From Mobula hypostoma (Eukaryota), in NCBI RefSeq assembly GCF_963921235.1, contig NC_086106.1, forward strand, positions 34,596,001 through 34,660,000: a DNA stretch of 64,000 nt. Reading direction: 5' to 3'. Every line of letters starts with the position of its first letter. The stretch's first letter is position 1. The notes under the pieces are model-generated. The model searched no databases. It worked only from the letters and a program-made list of their open reading frames with translations, and was not told the origin of the DNA. Shown in pieces: positions 35,850 to 48,854 of this stretch. The translations under genes were made by a program, and so were the position numbers.

Positions 35850-38170
35850 ACCTGGAGTGAGCTTATCACCTTCCATACATGTTCTGAACAGAAGGGAACC
35901 AGTCTGTCACTATCAACCCTGACAATCCCCAGTGCATCTGAATATACAGCATCAAGCCGGAAGTAAGATCAGTCTGCCTGGTATTGTCCCTGACCGTGTC
36001 CTGAGTTCTTGTGAGGTTCAACTGGTTGGCATACTTTCAAACTTTTTAAATCTCTCCCTGTTCCAGGTTGTAGTTCCCTCCTGCTTTAAGATGACACTAT
36101 CATCCCAGTAAACGCCGTCTGCAAATAAACCTCCCCACAAAAATGTATCAAGATATCGGACCTTGACAGCTGTTGCCCACACGGTCTGACATTTACCACC
36201 ATGATATGCTTCGAGTGGTTGGTCAAGGCACACAATGTCTCCGAATTTGCCTGTCAACCTTGACTCATTGTAATTTGTCTACTGCTGAAACAAGTCTACA
36301 ACAAATTCCAACTCCCTGGGCCTACACTCAGTCCTGGAGCATCTGTACAATACACATATCTACATCAGGCTATGTTTATTGAATACAGCTTGCCTTCAGT
36401 GCTATTATTCCAAAGAAATTCAACACAAAACTCTAGACCCTGGGAGTCAGAGCTTCCCTTTCAGTCTTCTGAGAATGGATCCTTGGCATCTTAACCAACA
36501 GACCACAGCTGTAGGGATAGGCGGCAAGATATCCACCATGATTATTCTAAACACTGGTGGTCAACGAGGTTGTGTCCTCAGCCGCTTGCTGTATTCCCTG
36601 TGACTGCGTAGCCAGATTATGTTCTAACTGCATCTACAAGTTTGCAGATAATACCACCGAGGTGGGTCGCATCTCAAATAACGATGAGTTGGAGCTCAGG
36701 AACCTGAATCAAATTCAGAATTATCTCTACCATATATCATGAAATGTGTTGTTTTGTGGCAACAGAATTGTACAAGACATACAAGAAACTAAAAGTTAGG
36801 ATAAAAATGAGATGAATAAATAGTGCCAAAGAAGCATAGTAAGGTAGTGTTTATAAGTTAATGGCCCATTCAGAAATCAGGTAGAGGAGTGGACAAAGCT
36901 ATTCCTCAAACATTACGTATGAACGTTAAGGCTTGTGTACCTTCACCATGTTGTTAGTAATAAGAAGAAGTCATGTCTGGACGATGAGGGTTGATGGATG
37001 GAATCTTCTGGAGATATAGTCTTTTGAAGATGTTCTCAATGGCAGGGAAGCTTTTGCCCACGGCAGAGCTGGCTGCATCTACAAACATCTGCAGCGTCTT
37101 TCAATCTTGTGTATTGGAGCCTGCATACCAGCTGGTGATGCAACCAGTCCTAATGCTCTCCACAGTATATATGTAGAAATGTGTTCAAGTCTTTGACAAC
37201 ATTCCAAATCTCCTGAAGCTCCTAAAGAAGTATGGCTGCTGGTGTGCTTTCTTCGTGATTGCATTAATATGTTAAGCACGGAATAGATCGTCGGTGATGT
37301 TGACGCCCGGGATCTTGAAGCTGTGCTCTGAGACGCTGACGCCCTGGAACATGAGGGAGATCGAGAGCTTAGTGGCATGGAATCACGAGAACAACATTTC
37401 CCTCAACAAAAACAAAACAAATGAATTTTGTTTACTTCCGACGGGCAGACAGTGCACATGCTCCTCACTACATCAGCTGTTGAGGATTGGAGGGCTGAGA
37501 ATTTAGCTTCCCAAGGGAGAAAATAGCCAATCGCCCATCCTGGCCCAACTACCTAAACATCAGACCAAGATAGCTCAGCAATGCCTTTACCTCCTCAGGA
37601 TAATTCTAGAATTTAGCATATTCCCGTCCATCTTGCCAACTTTTATCAAAACATCATAGAAAGCATACTGACTGGATGTAAACCGGCTTGGTATGGCGAC
37701 GCCCTACGTGTGACCTCAAAAAACTGCAGAGAATCCTGGACACAGCTGAGCACATCGCGTGAATCACCTTACCCTCTATAGACTCTGTCTATACATCTCA
37801 CTGCCTCAGTAAAGCAACCAGAATAATCAAAGAGCCCGCCCACCCCAGTCATGTTTTCATCTCCGTTCTTCCACTGGGCAGAAGATACCAGGTTCAAGAA
37901 GAACTTCTATATCATTGTTACCAGATGACTGAATGTTTCGCTGGTATAATATGGTGGACTTTTGAGTTCACAGTCTACCTCTTTGTGCCGTTTAATCTTA
38001 TTCAGTATTAGCGCTACACTTTCTGTGCCCTGCAACACTTTATTCTGCACCCTGTTATGCTTTATCTTATATTAGCTCAACATACTGCTGCATTGAATTA
38101 ATCTGTATGGACGGTATGCAAGAGAAGGTTTCTAATGTGCCTCAGTACATGTGGCAATAGTAATCCATTT
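35850..38170 (+). mobile_element. Decayed Rex1/Babar RT-3' fragment with an antisense Rex1 3' fragment nested at about 36710-37320
   Basis: Plus strand resembles ELN.FY..FEQK, IPVN..V.KNVSRYRTLT, GGQRGCVLS.LLYSL, YKFADNTT. The frame resumes at about 37360 (EIESLVAWNHENNISLNKNKT.E) after the minus-strand piece. Confidence 0.75.
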
Positions 38171-38384
38171 TACCATTTTACCAATTTAATACTCTGGATT
38201 ATACTGTGCACTGCTTCACACGTTCCTATAGTGAGCAAGTGCTATCATTCACGTGACTAAATACAGAGCTTGAATGTGTTTTGAAATTATCCTAACAGTT
38301 GTGTTGTCGTTCAGAAATCTGAATGTGGAGGGGAAGGAGCTGTTCTTAAAAAGGAGATTGCAGGTATTCAATCCCCTGTACCTT

Positions 38385-39490
38385 CTAGCCTACGGAACAT
38401 ACTAAAAATGCTGGAGCAACTCTGCAGGTCAGGCAACATCTATGGAGAGGAATAAGCACTCTATGTTTCTGGCCGAGAACGTTCATCAGGACTCGAAACG
38501 AAGGGGGAAGAAACCAGTATAACAATATGGGGAGAGGGCAGTGGAATGAGTACAAGCTGGCAAGTGGTAGGTAAGACCAGATGAGGAGGCAGTTGGGAGA
38601 GAGGGGAAGGGGTGATGGTGAGAAGTTTGGAAGAGGTAAAGGACTGAAGAGGAAGGAGACTGATCGAAGCGGACGTTGGGCTACGGAAGAGAGCGATGGA
38701 AGAAGGAGGGGCTGGTACGGCAAAGAGAAAACATGAGAGGGGATCCAGAATGGGGAATCAAAAAAAAACATAAGGGGAGGTGGGTGGGGGAGAAATTACC
38801 AAAAGTTAGAGAAATCGATGTTCCTGACATCAGAGTGGTGGTTACCCAGAAGGAGGTGTTGTGTCTCCTAACCAAGTGTCCCCTCGTTGTGGCAGTAGTG
38901 AGGGTCATGGGCAGACCTGTTGGAATGAGAATTCAAATTGAAATGGTAAACACCGGAGAACACCGCCTTTTCTGGCAGACAGAGTGATGGTGCGAAGCAG
39001 TTCCATAACCAGGTCGATTCTCACTGATGTGAAAAGGCTGCAAGTTGAGTACCAGATATAGTAGAAGGCCCAGACCACCTCGTAGGTGAAGTGTCACCTC
39101 ACCTGGTAGGGCTGTTTTAGAGCAGTGAATACTGGCGAGGAGGCTGGAGTAGCATTTGTCGGGAGTACCTCTTGCGGAGAAAAGAGCCAGAAAGATGATT
39201 AGTGGGGAGGGACGAGTGGACGAGGGAGTCAGATGGAGACTTCTTCTTTAGGTAACTTGCTAGAGAAGACTTCATCGTTCTATCTCCTTCATCTATCATC
39301 TCCCAGCTTCTTACTTCAACCCTTTCCACCTCCCCATCTACCATAACCCTCATCTGTTTTCTTGTATTACCTTTCCCTCGCCTCCTTTTTTCTGGCTTCT
39401 TCCCCCGTCGGTCTGAAACTTCAATAGTTATCCGTCATCAGAAATGATACCTGACCTGCTGAGTTCCTTCAGCATTCTGTGTGCGCTGTT
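38385..39490. mobile_element. Penelope-like remnant: minus-strand GIY-YIG + terminal repeat (38385-39230) joined to a plus-strand terminal repeat (39240-39490)
   Basis: rc hammerhead-like agtcctgatgaacgttctcggccagaaacata at 38458-38493; decayed LGNHHSDVRNIDFSNF similarity; plus piece ends cctgacctgctgagttccttcagcatt. Confidence 0.8.
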
Positions 39491-39769
39491 TGGATTTTTT
39501 TTTTTTGGTTTTCTTATCAGCTCCTCAAATGAGAAGTGCTCCTACCTTTTCATAATCATGGCTCCCTCCTCTATTTGGTGCGATACAAATTTAAATATAA
39601 AAGGTTTACTTTTCCTGTCTGACTTCTTCCTTCGCCCTTAATTTAGGATGTCTCTTTCAGCGTCTCTCTCTCATGTGCATAAACCCAGTCCTGCACACAT
39701 GCACGACCATACAGATACATGATCTGATAACGAATTCGGCAGGCCATTCCCGGAATCTCTTTCCTTTCC

Positions 39770-42700
39770 TTTACTTTATTGTCGCCAAACAATTGATACT
39801 AGAGCGTACAATCATCACAGCGATATTTGATTCTGTGCTTTGCACTCCCTGGAGAACAAATCGATAGTAAACAGTAAAAATTAAAAAAAAATTACAAATC
39901 AAAAATAGAAAATAGAAAAGGGAAAGTAAGGTATTCAAAAAAAAAAACAAAAACAAAAACAAAGAACAAAAAAAAACAAGAGGCAGGTCCGGATATTTGG
40001 AGGATACGACCCAGATCCGGGTCAGGATCTGTTCAGCTGTCTCATTACAGTTGGAGAGAAGTTGTTCACACATCTGGCCGTACGAGTCATCAGGCTCTTG
40101 AGCCTCCTCCCGGAGGGAAGAGGGACGAAATTATGTGTTGGCTGGGTGGGTCGTGCCCTTGATTATCCCAGCAGCACTGCTCCGACAGCGTGCGCTGTAA
40201 AGTGAATCCAAGGACGGAAGATTGCTTTGTGTGATATGTTGGGCTGTGTTAACGATCTTCTGCAGTTTCCTCCGGTCTTGGACAGGACAACGTCCATACC
40301 AGGTTGTGATGCACCCTGGAAGAATGCTTTCTACGGTGCATCTATAAAAATTAGTGAGGGTTTTATGGGACAGGCAAATTTCTTTAGTTTTCTCAGGAAG
40401 TAAAGGCGCTGGTGGGCCTTCTTGGCAGTGAACTCTGCTTGGTTGTACCAAGTCAGGTCATTTGTGATATTAGAAACTTAAACCTGTTGACCTGTTCCAC
40501 TTGCGCACCACCGATGTAAATTGGGTCGTGCGGTTTGCTACTCCTTCTGAAGTCAACAAGCAATTCCTTCGTCTTGCTGACGTTGAGTGATAGATTATTG
40601 TCTTCGCACCATGCCAGCAGATTCTTAATTTATCTCCGTACTCAAACTCATCATTACCCAAGATACGGCCTCCAGTTGTGGTGTGATCAGCAAACTTATA
40701 TATTGAGTGCGATAGAAACTTAGCTACACAATCATGGGTGTACAGTGAGTACAGCAGGGGGCTGTGTACACAGCCTTGTGGGACACTGGTGCTCCGAGTG
40801 ATTCTAGAGGAGAGCTTGTGCCCTATTTTTGCAGCCCGTGTCCTGTCTGTGAGGAAGTTGAAGATCCAGCTGCAGATCTGAGTGCTAACGCCTAGGTTCC
40901 GGAGCTTAGGAATCAATTTATTTGGAATGATGGTATTAAACGCAGAGCTGTAGTCAATGAAAAGGAGCCTTACATATGCGTCTTTATTCTCCAGGTGTTC
41001 TAAGGAGGAATGTAGGGCCAGAGAGATGGCATCTGCCGTTGTGTTGCTCCGGCAGGAGAATTGTAAAGCATCGAGGTTGACCGGTAGGTTGTGGTTGATG
41101 TGTGCCATAACCAATCTCTCGAAGCACTTCATAGCAATTGATGTCAGAGCCACAGGTCGATAGTCATTCAGGCATGGCGCCTTCCTCCTCTTCGGCACTG
41201 GGATTATCGTTGCCTTCTTAAAACACGAGGGGATCTTGGACTGAAGCAAGAAGCAGTTGAAGATGTCAGCAAACACTCCAGCGAGCTCGCTTGCACAGGC
41301 CCGGAGAATCCGTCCCGGGACGCCATCTGGGCCCGTCGCCTTCCTTGGATTTATCATCAGGAAGGCCCTTCTGACGTCCTTCTCGGTAACGATGAATCTC
41401 GATGCCACCAGGTCCGGTTCATCCGGAGGGGGCGGGACGCTCCTCTTCTGTTCGAATCTTGCGTAGAATACATTAAGTTCGTCAGGAAGAGAAGCGCCAC
41501 GGTTGTTGATATTCCCAGCCTTTTATTTTCGCCCAGTGATCTCATTTAGACCCTACCATAATCTACCGGCATCCCTCTGGTTAGCCTGGTCTTCCAACTT
41601 TGCTCGGTATTGCCTCTTGGCGCCCTTAATGGCTTTCCGGAGTTCACGCCTGGCTTCCGTGTAGCGACTGGTATGCCTGGACCTAAAAGCCGCAGCTCTA
41701 GCCTTCAAAGGGGACTTGACTTCATAATTCATCCAAAGTTTCCTGTTAGGGAATACCCGGATCGTCTTGAGAGACACACAGTCCTCTGTGCATTTCCAGA
41801 TAAAGTCCATGACAGCTGAGGCATACTTATCGAGGTTAGCTGCCATGTCCTTGAATACGAACCATCAAAGCAGTCACGGAGCACCTCATCCTTTTCCTCC
41901 GTCCAACGGGGCACCGCTTTTGATACCGTGCCCTCCTGCTTCAGTTTCTGTTTGTAAGCCGGGAGGAGGAGTGCGGCCTGATGGTCTGATTTTCGAAGTG
42001 AGGTCGTAGGATGGAACGGTAGGCAACCTTCACTGCTTTGTAGTAGTGGTCAAGTATATTTGGGCCTCTAGTGGGGCAGGAGACATGTTGGTATAACTTT
42101 GGCAGTGCATTTCTGAGGTTGGCCTGGTTAAAGACCCCGGCTGTAATGAGCAAAGCCTCCGGATACCTCGTCTCAAGTTCACTAATGTTGACATACAGTC
42201 TGTTCATAGCACACTCCACGTCCGCCTGGGGTGGGGGGCGGCGTGGGGAGGGGAATGTAGACCACTGTCAGTATTCCCGTGTCAGATAGTAGGGACGACA
42301 CTTCACCGACAGGTGTTCCAGGTCCCGGCTGCAGGAGCTTGCCAGTGCCACTGTGCCCGAGTACCACGCAGTGTTGATCAGTGGGCAGACACCACCTTCC
42401 CTCGTCTTGCCCAAAGACGCAATGCGGTCCATCTGATGGATCGAAAATCTCTCCGGTCGGATGGCACAGTCTGGTGTGCCGGGGAGAGCCAGGTCTCAGT
42501 GAAACAGAATACGCAGCAGTTCTGCATCTCTCTGCGGTAAGTGTGTCTCCCTTTAAGATCATCCATCTTGTTCTCAATGGCTTGCAGATTACCTATTTGG
42601 ATGGTGGTTAGAAGGACCTGAAGCCCCTCAGCTTCAATCTGACCCGCAGCCCAGCTCTTTTCCCACGCTTCTTCTGTAAATAGTGCATCCTTCCAGGTTT

Positions 42701-43190
42701 CCATTGATGCAGTGCGTTATTGGCAGCTCTTTGACGTTGGTGGACGCGTCCCGCGGGTATCGATCGGCGGGTGGCGTCGTCGGACGCTCTGGGTTGGGCC
42801 GAGAGATGGGGGAGGCTCCGCTGCCACTTCCAGGAGCCCGGGCTGTTGATTGAGTCGGGCCCCAAAGCCAACACTTAATCCCGGAAGGCCGGACTCCTGG
42901 CTGAAACAAGTCCGTTAGCTGAGTCGGTATCTGGCGACTCTGCGCGTGCTCTCCCGAGAAAACTGCCCTCGACACTATTCTATACCCGAAAAACTCCTTT
43001 AAACCTCCAATCTGCTACATCTAGCAGGATCAACAACACCCTGGTGAAGCTGCTGATCCAGCTGGAGAGCACCGCGCCAGAATTGCTTGTTCAACTCCGG
43101 ACCGCACCCGGACCCAGCTAGCGAAACCTGGACCGAGTCTTCGCTTTCCTTTGCAGTATTCAGCAGACAAACCTGACTGACGTGCTAAGA
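39770..43190 (-). mobile_element. Near full-length Rex1/Babar LINE (APE + RT, frameshifted)
   Basis: KRGKRAGLRVRL N-terminus; CFTETWL (APE); RKATGPDGVPGRILR...NDYRPVALTSIAMKCFERLV...LLFIDYSSAFNTI...VPQGCVHSPLLYSLYTHD...KFADHTT; 3' end with aataaag and (aaagg/t)n tail. Confidence 0.95.
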
Positions 43191-44469
43191 AATTCCTTCC
43201 ATTGGAAATCAAATTAAAACGTCAACATTGAATCTTTCTCCACATATGCAAAAGCGTTTTTTTTTACTTTTGTGTTCAGTCCCATCATATTCTTTCGAAC
43301 CTAACTGTAGGAAAGTTTATTGTTGGCTAGAATTTAATGTAGCAATTATGTATTGGCAAATGCTGAAATTCACAGATTCTGGTAATTCTTTGGAAACTAA
43401 CAAATCAAACCGTGTTAGATCGCTCTGCTTCTGTACGAGGCGCAAAGAAGATGTATTGTGAACGATCGTTTATCCGAGCTATAGTTTTGTTATATTTATG
43501 GGTATATTTATCCTGGGGGAGTTCAATGTTTAATTGGTGGAATAATATCAGTGGCTAATTGTGTATAAAAACTGCCAAGTCCGTTGTCTTTTCTACAGTT
43601 GAGACGAATAAGATTTTCTATAAAGTGATATGAGTAAAATTAGGAGACAATTTTCTATTTCTTTCCCGCACAAGTTAAAACAAACATTGCCTAAATGTTA
43701 CCAGTGAATTTTGGGTGGACTGAGGCCAATTGGTTTTAATTTGTTAGATGAGAGTGTTGGCGTTCATGAGGTAATGCGGATAAATGGGAAGAGAGCAGAG
43801 ACAGACAAAAATGCTGAAATCCTCGCTTTGCTATACCAGCAATGATCAGTGGATGGCAGTAACGGGTCCCTGAAATGAAATATCTTCCAGTCAATAAATC
43901 AGAACTGGAGATCCCAAATTAGAATTATTATGGTTTCAGATTTTTTTTCTGCTTGGATCTCCAATGAATATGGATTAATATCTTCTAAAGACAAGGAGTA
44001 TAAATATTTCCTGGTCAGGGTGAAGAAGTTGAGTTTATGGCACCGGCACCAATTAGAAAAGGAGAGCAGATATTCTTTCCAAAAGAACACGAGCAAACCA
44101 ATTGTGCATTTGTTCCGTATTTTTTGCTCATGTCTTGTGATCTGCTAAAGCTAACTTTAAAATAAGGACATTTATTTTTTAATGAGATGATTATCTCAAT
44201 GTCTCGAGTTGCCATGGTTGGATTCCAACTCATGTCGCTGGCTATTAATCCAGTGGCAAATATGTTTTGAAATTAACGCTTTCCATGCTATCAAAGCTCT
44301 TTTATTATTTTTTCATTCACCCAATTCCACAGCAACATGCTCAAACATTATCCCGACAACACGCATTGAATGAAGAAGGAACTCAGCAAGCTAAGTAGCA
44401 TCTATTGAAGGGAAATAAACAGTATCTACACTTTTTCCTTTTTCTGGTGAAGCTCCTTTCCTATTCTAG

Positions 44470-44950
44470 TTTCCATGCACTGCGCCCATACAATGTGCCG
44501 GATTGCCATGGACTTTCTTTGTCTCAAGTGGACAAGAACGTCTCATTTGATGTCAGTGCCACTTGTCTTTAACTCATTGGGGGACGGATGGTGGAATCTA
44601 ACGTTCCAGAATTACAACACCATGAAAGTCACCGTCATTTCCAGCAAGCATATTTTCCTCTCGGTTCCCTGTTGTCGTTTTCTATGAAATTATACATGCT
44701 AATATTGCCCAACTGTATCACATCCTGCTGTGTCAATTCTGTTACCAGGAAACTGCCGAGCATCTTCTATTTTCATCTTGACAAATTGAGGCTGATCTTA
44801 AAGGTGCAAAATCATCTCGTAAATCGTGGATGAACTTGCAACCATCTAATAAGGATAATCGCAGAGAAATGGGTGGATGTGCAGATTCACCTGAAGGTGA
44901 AGAAGTGCAGTACACCTGTTGGCAGAGGTGGTGGATAAATGAAGAGGGGA
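44470..44950 (+). mobile_element. Old Penelope-like fragment (thumb to GIY-YIG region)
   Basis: Decayed similarity to the intact element (caccatgaaagtcaccgtcatttcc...cccaactgtatcacatcctgctg...ctattttcatcttgac). Confidence 0.5.
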
Positions 44951-45004
44951 AAGAATACAAAGCTCATTTTCTTCTATCTGAATGCAAGGAATCTAATTAG
45001 TGAG

Positions 45005-45830
45005 GTCATCATCATAGCTTGTCACGCCAGACAGTCAGCCACTGTAGTGTTGTTTGGTTCATGTTGAGCAGGTCAGTGTCAGCTAAATCAGGTGAGAGTG
45101 GGCAGTTGCGCAGAACGTGTTCAATGTTCTGCCCCCTTTAGCCATGCTCACAGGATTCACTGGTCTTTAAACCCCACTTCACCATATTGTCTCCCGTCCT
45201 ACTCCCGCTTAGCTCTGTTCAGTGTGCACCACTTCCGACTGTCAAGCAGCGCCTCGTCTGGTAACATTTCTGTGCGGTCTTGCACTGTATTGTTTGGTTT
45301 TGGTTCTGGCTTCTGTTTGTTGCCAGAGGTCAATCCTGCATGTTTGGGGGATGTTCTGTGCGGTAGTTCCTCCACGGTAGCAAAGCTTTTGCTCGATTCT
45401 AGGCGGTTGGAAACTGGCACATGATGATGCAGTGGGTGCGTGGATCTGTTCACCTGTTTCATTTTTGTTGTAGTATATCTTCGGATCTCTGGGGAACAAT
45501 TCCTGCAAGTCTTTATATGATGTTTGTGGGTGTGGGGTGCAGTGTGTCCGTAATTATTCGGCAGGCTTCATTAAGCAACGGGTCTATTTTGTTTGCATGG
45601 GTGGATCTGCCCCACACAGGGGTACAGTATTCTGCAGGTGCATAGCAGAGTGCGAGGGCAGTTGATCTCAGTGCGTGAGCATTAGCTCCCTATTTTGTGC
45701 CTGCTAATTTTTTTCAAGAGATAATTGCGAGAGCCAACTTTTCCTTGGAGTTTTTGGATGTGGGTAGCAAATGAGAGCGTCCAGGTAAATTGGCGTCGGA
45801 TGGTCGAGCTCCTTCCCATACTAGAAGTTA
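45005..45830 (-). mobile_element. Ingi/Vingi-like LINE 3' fragment
   Basis: LAGTK*GANAHALRSTALALCYAPAEYCTPVWGRSTHANKIDPLLNEACRIIT...LAGIVP; RKWCTLNRA..GVGRTGDNMVKWG and a C-terminal Cys/His knuckle (EHVLRNCP); short (tga)n tail. Confidence 0.6.
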
Positions 45831-46139
45831 GGTAGTTGAAGTCAACACTTTTACTGAAAATTTGACTTTGATTAAGATTTTCTTTCCTTTATTATCACAC
45901 GATTGAAAATTGGATAATCTGGCAAAAGGGTATGGATTTTTTTTTCAGTGATACAAGAGGAGATGCCAACGAGAAGATAGTAGTTCAGTTTCGTAAATCT
46001 TGGATTGATAAATTTGGAAAAATTGCGTGTGTGGGATAGAGAAGCTGGGGTCGCTGTATCAGCCAGGGGTACCGGGTATGTCAAGGGCAGATCTCAGTGA
46101 TGAATCTGTATTTATTTTAAAGAAGGCAATTGTGTATTA

Positions 46140-48690
46140 GACCGTAGGTCATAGAACTTAGAAGAGTACCACAGGAACAGATAATCCAATCCTCAATGTT
46201 GTGTCGAGCCAGCGACAAAGCAAGTCAAAAACAACCGAACACTCATCCCTCCTACCTACACTATGTCCATATCCCTCCATCGTCCTTACATCCATGTGAC
46301 GATCCAAATTTCCCTAAAAAGCCTCTAATGTATTTGCCTCCACCACCATACCAGACGGCGCATTCCAGGCATCCCCGACTCTCTGAGTAAACAACTTCAC
46401 TCTCACATTCCCCTTGAACCTTGCCCATCTCACCTTCGGTGCATGCCCTCTGGTGTTAGACATTTCAACCCCGTGGAACAAACTCTCTGTCCACTCTATT
46501 TATGCCTCTCATAATCCCCTCAGGTTCTGAAGTTTCAGAGAAAACAGCCAAGTTTATCCGGCCTCTTGTGATAGCTCGAAACCAGGCACTATCTTGTAAA
46601 TCTCTTCTGCACCCTCTCCAAAGCCTCAACATCCTTGTGGGTGAACAGAACTACATACAACACTTCAAATGTGGCCTAACCAGAGTTTTATGAAGTTGCA
46701 ACATATCCTCCTGACTTTTGAACTCAATGTGATGACTAATTAAAACAAGTATTGTACATGCCTTCTTAATTGCCTTATCAACTCTGGACTTGGATCCTGA
46801 AATCTCTCTGCTCAGCGACACTGTTGAGAGCCTTGCATTTGCCCTACCTGGGTTAAACTACATCTGCAATTTCTTAGCCCATGTCTGCAACTAATCCATA
46901 TCATGCTGTATTCTTTGCCAGTCTTCTACACTATCCACAACTCCACCAGTCTTGGTATCATCCACAAATTTACTAATCCACCCATCTACATTTTCATCTA
47001 GGTCATTTGTATATATTACAAACAGCTGAGGTCCCAGCACGGATCCCTGCGGAAGTCCACCAATTACAGACGTCCAGCTCGAATAAGCCCCTTTGACCAC
47101 TTCCCTCTCTCTTCTATGCGCAAGCCTGTGCTGAATCCAAACAGCCAATTCACTGCACAAACCATGCATCTAATCTTCTGGATTAGTCTCCCCTCCCGTG
47201 AGGGACTTTGTCAAACGCTGTACTAAAATCCATGTATACAACAACCACTGCCCTACCCTCAGCAATCTCTCTCATCATCTTGTCAAAAACACTCAATCAA
47301 GATGATAAGGTACGACCTGCCACAAGCAAAGCTATGCTGGCTCTCCCTGGTTAGGTCATGTGTTAACCCAAACTGATATATCCTATCTCTAAGAATTTTC
47401 TCCAGCAATTACCCTACAACTGACGTGGGACTCACCAATCTATAGTTCTAGGGACTTTCCTTGTTCATTCTTTAAAAAGAGGTACAGCATTAGCCACTCT
47501 TCAGTCCTCTGGAGCCTTCCCTGTGGCTAGAGAGGACATAAAGACACTGGTTAATGGCCCTTTAATCTCAAAGGTCAGTCACCTGGACAGACTGATTCCC
47601 AACGTGAGGTCCAGTACAACCACTCTCCTGATTGGACCGTCCACATATTGATCTAAGAAACCTTCCTGGATACATTTAAGAAATTGAGCCCCTTCTAAAT
47701 CCCTTACAATAAGAAGGTCCAAGTTTACACTAGGGACGTTGAAATTTCCAATGACGGCAACCCTGTTATTTTCACACATTTCCTTAATCTGGTTGCATAT
47801 CTCTCCCTCAATATCCCGGTGCCTAATCGGGGATCTGCAGTACAATCCCATCAGTGTGATTGCACCCCTCCTATTCCTGTATTCCACCTAAATGGATTTA
47901 GTGTCTGAGTCCTCTTAGTGCAGCTGTGATATTATCCCTGATTAGCAGTGCAACTCCACTCGCTCTTTTACCTCCTCCTCTATATTTTCTAAAACTTCGA
48001 AAACCTGGTACATTCAGCACACAATCCTGCTCCCCTCTCAGCCAAGTTTCAGTAATGGCTTCAACATCGTAGTTCCGTCTTGTACAGGACACCCCTTCCT
48101 CAGAAAAGATTCCAATGATCCAAGAAATGGAACTCCTGCCCTTTACACCATCTCAGCAGCCACTCACTCATCCGTGCTACCATCCTATTTCGATGTCATT
48201 GTTGTCAATATGCACCAGGAGTTCTAGCTGTTCCGTCTTGTTCTTGACAATATCTTGCAGCCGCTCCAATGCATCATGGAGCCCAGCAATTAGGAGGAAA
48301 CACACCATCATAGTGCCTTGTTTTGTGGCTACAGAATATCTTTTCTGTCTCCCTAACTATAAAGTCCCGATTATAACTGCATTGCCTGAATTCATCCTGC
48401 CCTGTCAAGCCTTAGAGCCGGCCACAGTGTCAGCAGTCTGTCAGCTGCTGCCGTGATCTGATGTTCACCCACCCCCTAGCAGTATACAAAGGAGCGTAGT
48501 TGTTGCTGAGAAGAGTGGCCACAGGAGAACCCTGCACTGACTTCATATTCCGCCACCTCTCCTGGTGGCCACAAGTCTACTGTCGAAAGGCTATACACTG
48601 GGTATGACCACCTCTTCAAAAGTCTCGTCTGTTATATCTTCAGCCTCCAGAATGTCCTGATTACATCCAAGTCCAGCTCCAATTAATGAG
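46140..48690 (-). mobile_element. CR1 LINE with internal deletions (ORF1 part, APE, RT, 3' tail)
   Basis: NYDVEAITETWL, VIGNFNVPSVN, GLPQGSVLGPQLFVIYTNDLD...KFVDDTK; rc CR1 tail at about 46145. Confidence 0.9.
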
Positions 48691-48854
48691 GTACCATAAT
48701 ACATATGGTTGACATTGACGTCAGTGAGGCCAGCAATAGGTCTAATTTAGAAATGTAATCTAAGATGTTAAGACCTATTTGATTCAGGGAATGATGTTAA
48801 AATGAGGGTTTCTGGTGACCTCAGAAGGGTTTTTCTGTGATTGTTAGAAGGTGC

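Larger units (their letters stand above)
24150..38310. repeat. Segmental duplication copy A (IgNAR TM region + 3' flank), interrupted by TEs
   Basis: Colinear anchors with copy B: 24321/43341, 24948/43885 (17/18 nt), 25044/43984, 32862/54829, 33093/55065 (13/13), 35468/56581 (28/35), 35725/56830, 38231/56986. Confidence 0.85.

Noticed and set aside
35839-35961. Exon-like stretch with a strong AG and gtaaga donor on the plus strand
   Set aside because: Matches the Rex1 region LPDELNVFYARFEQK...GPDGVPGR seen intact at about 41300-41490; it is the start of a decayed Rex1 copy.
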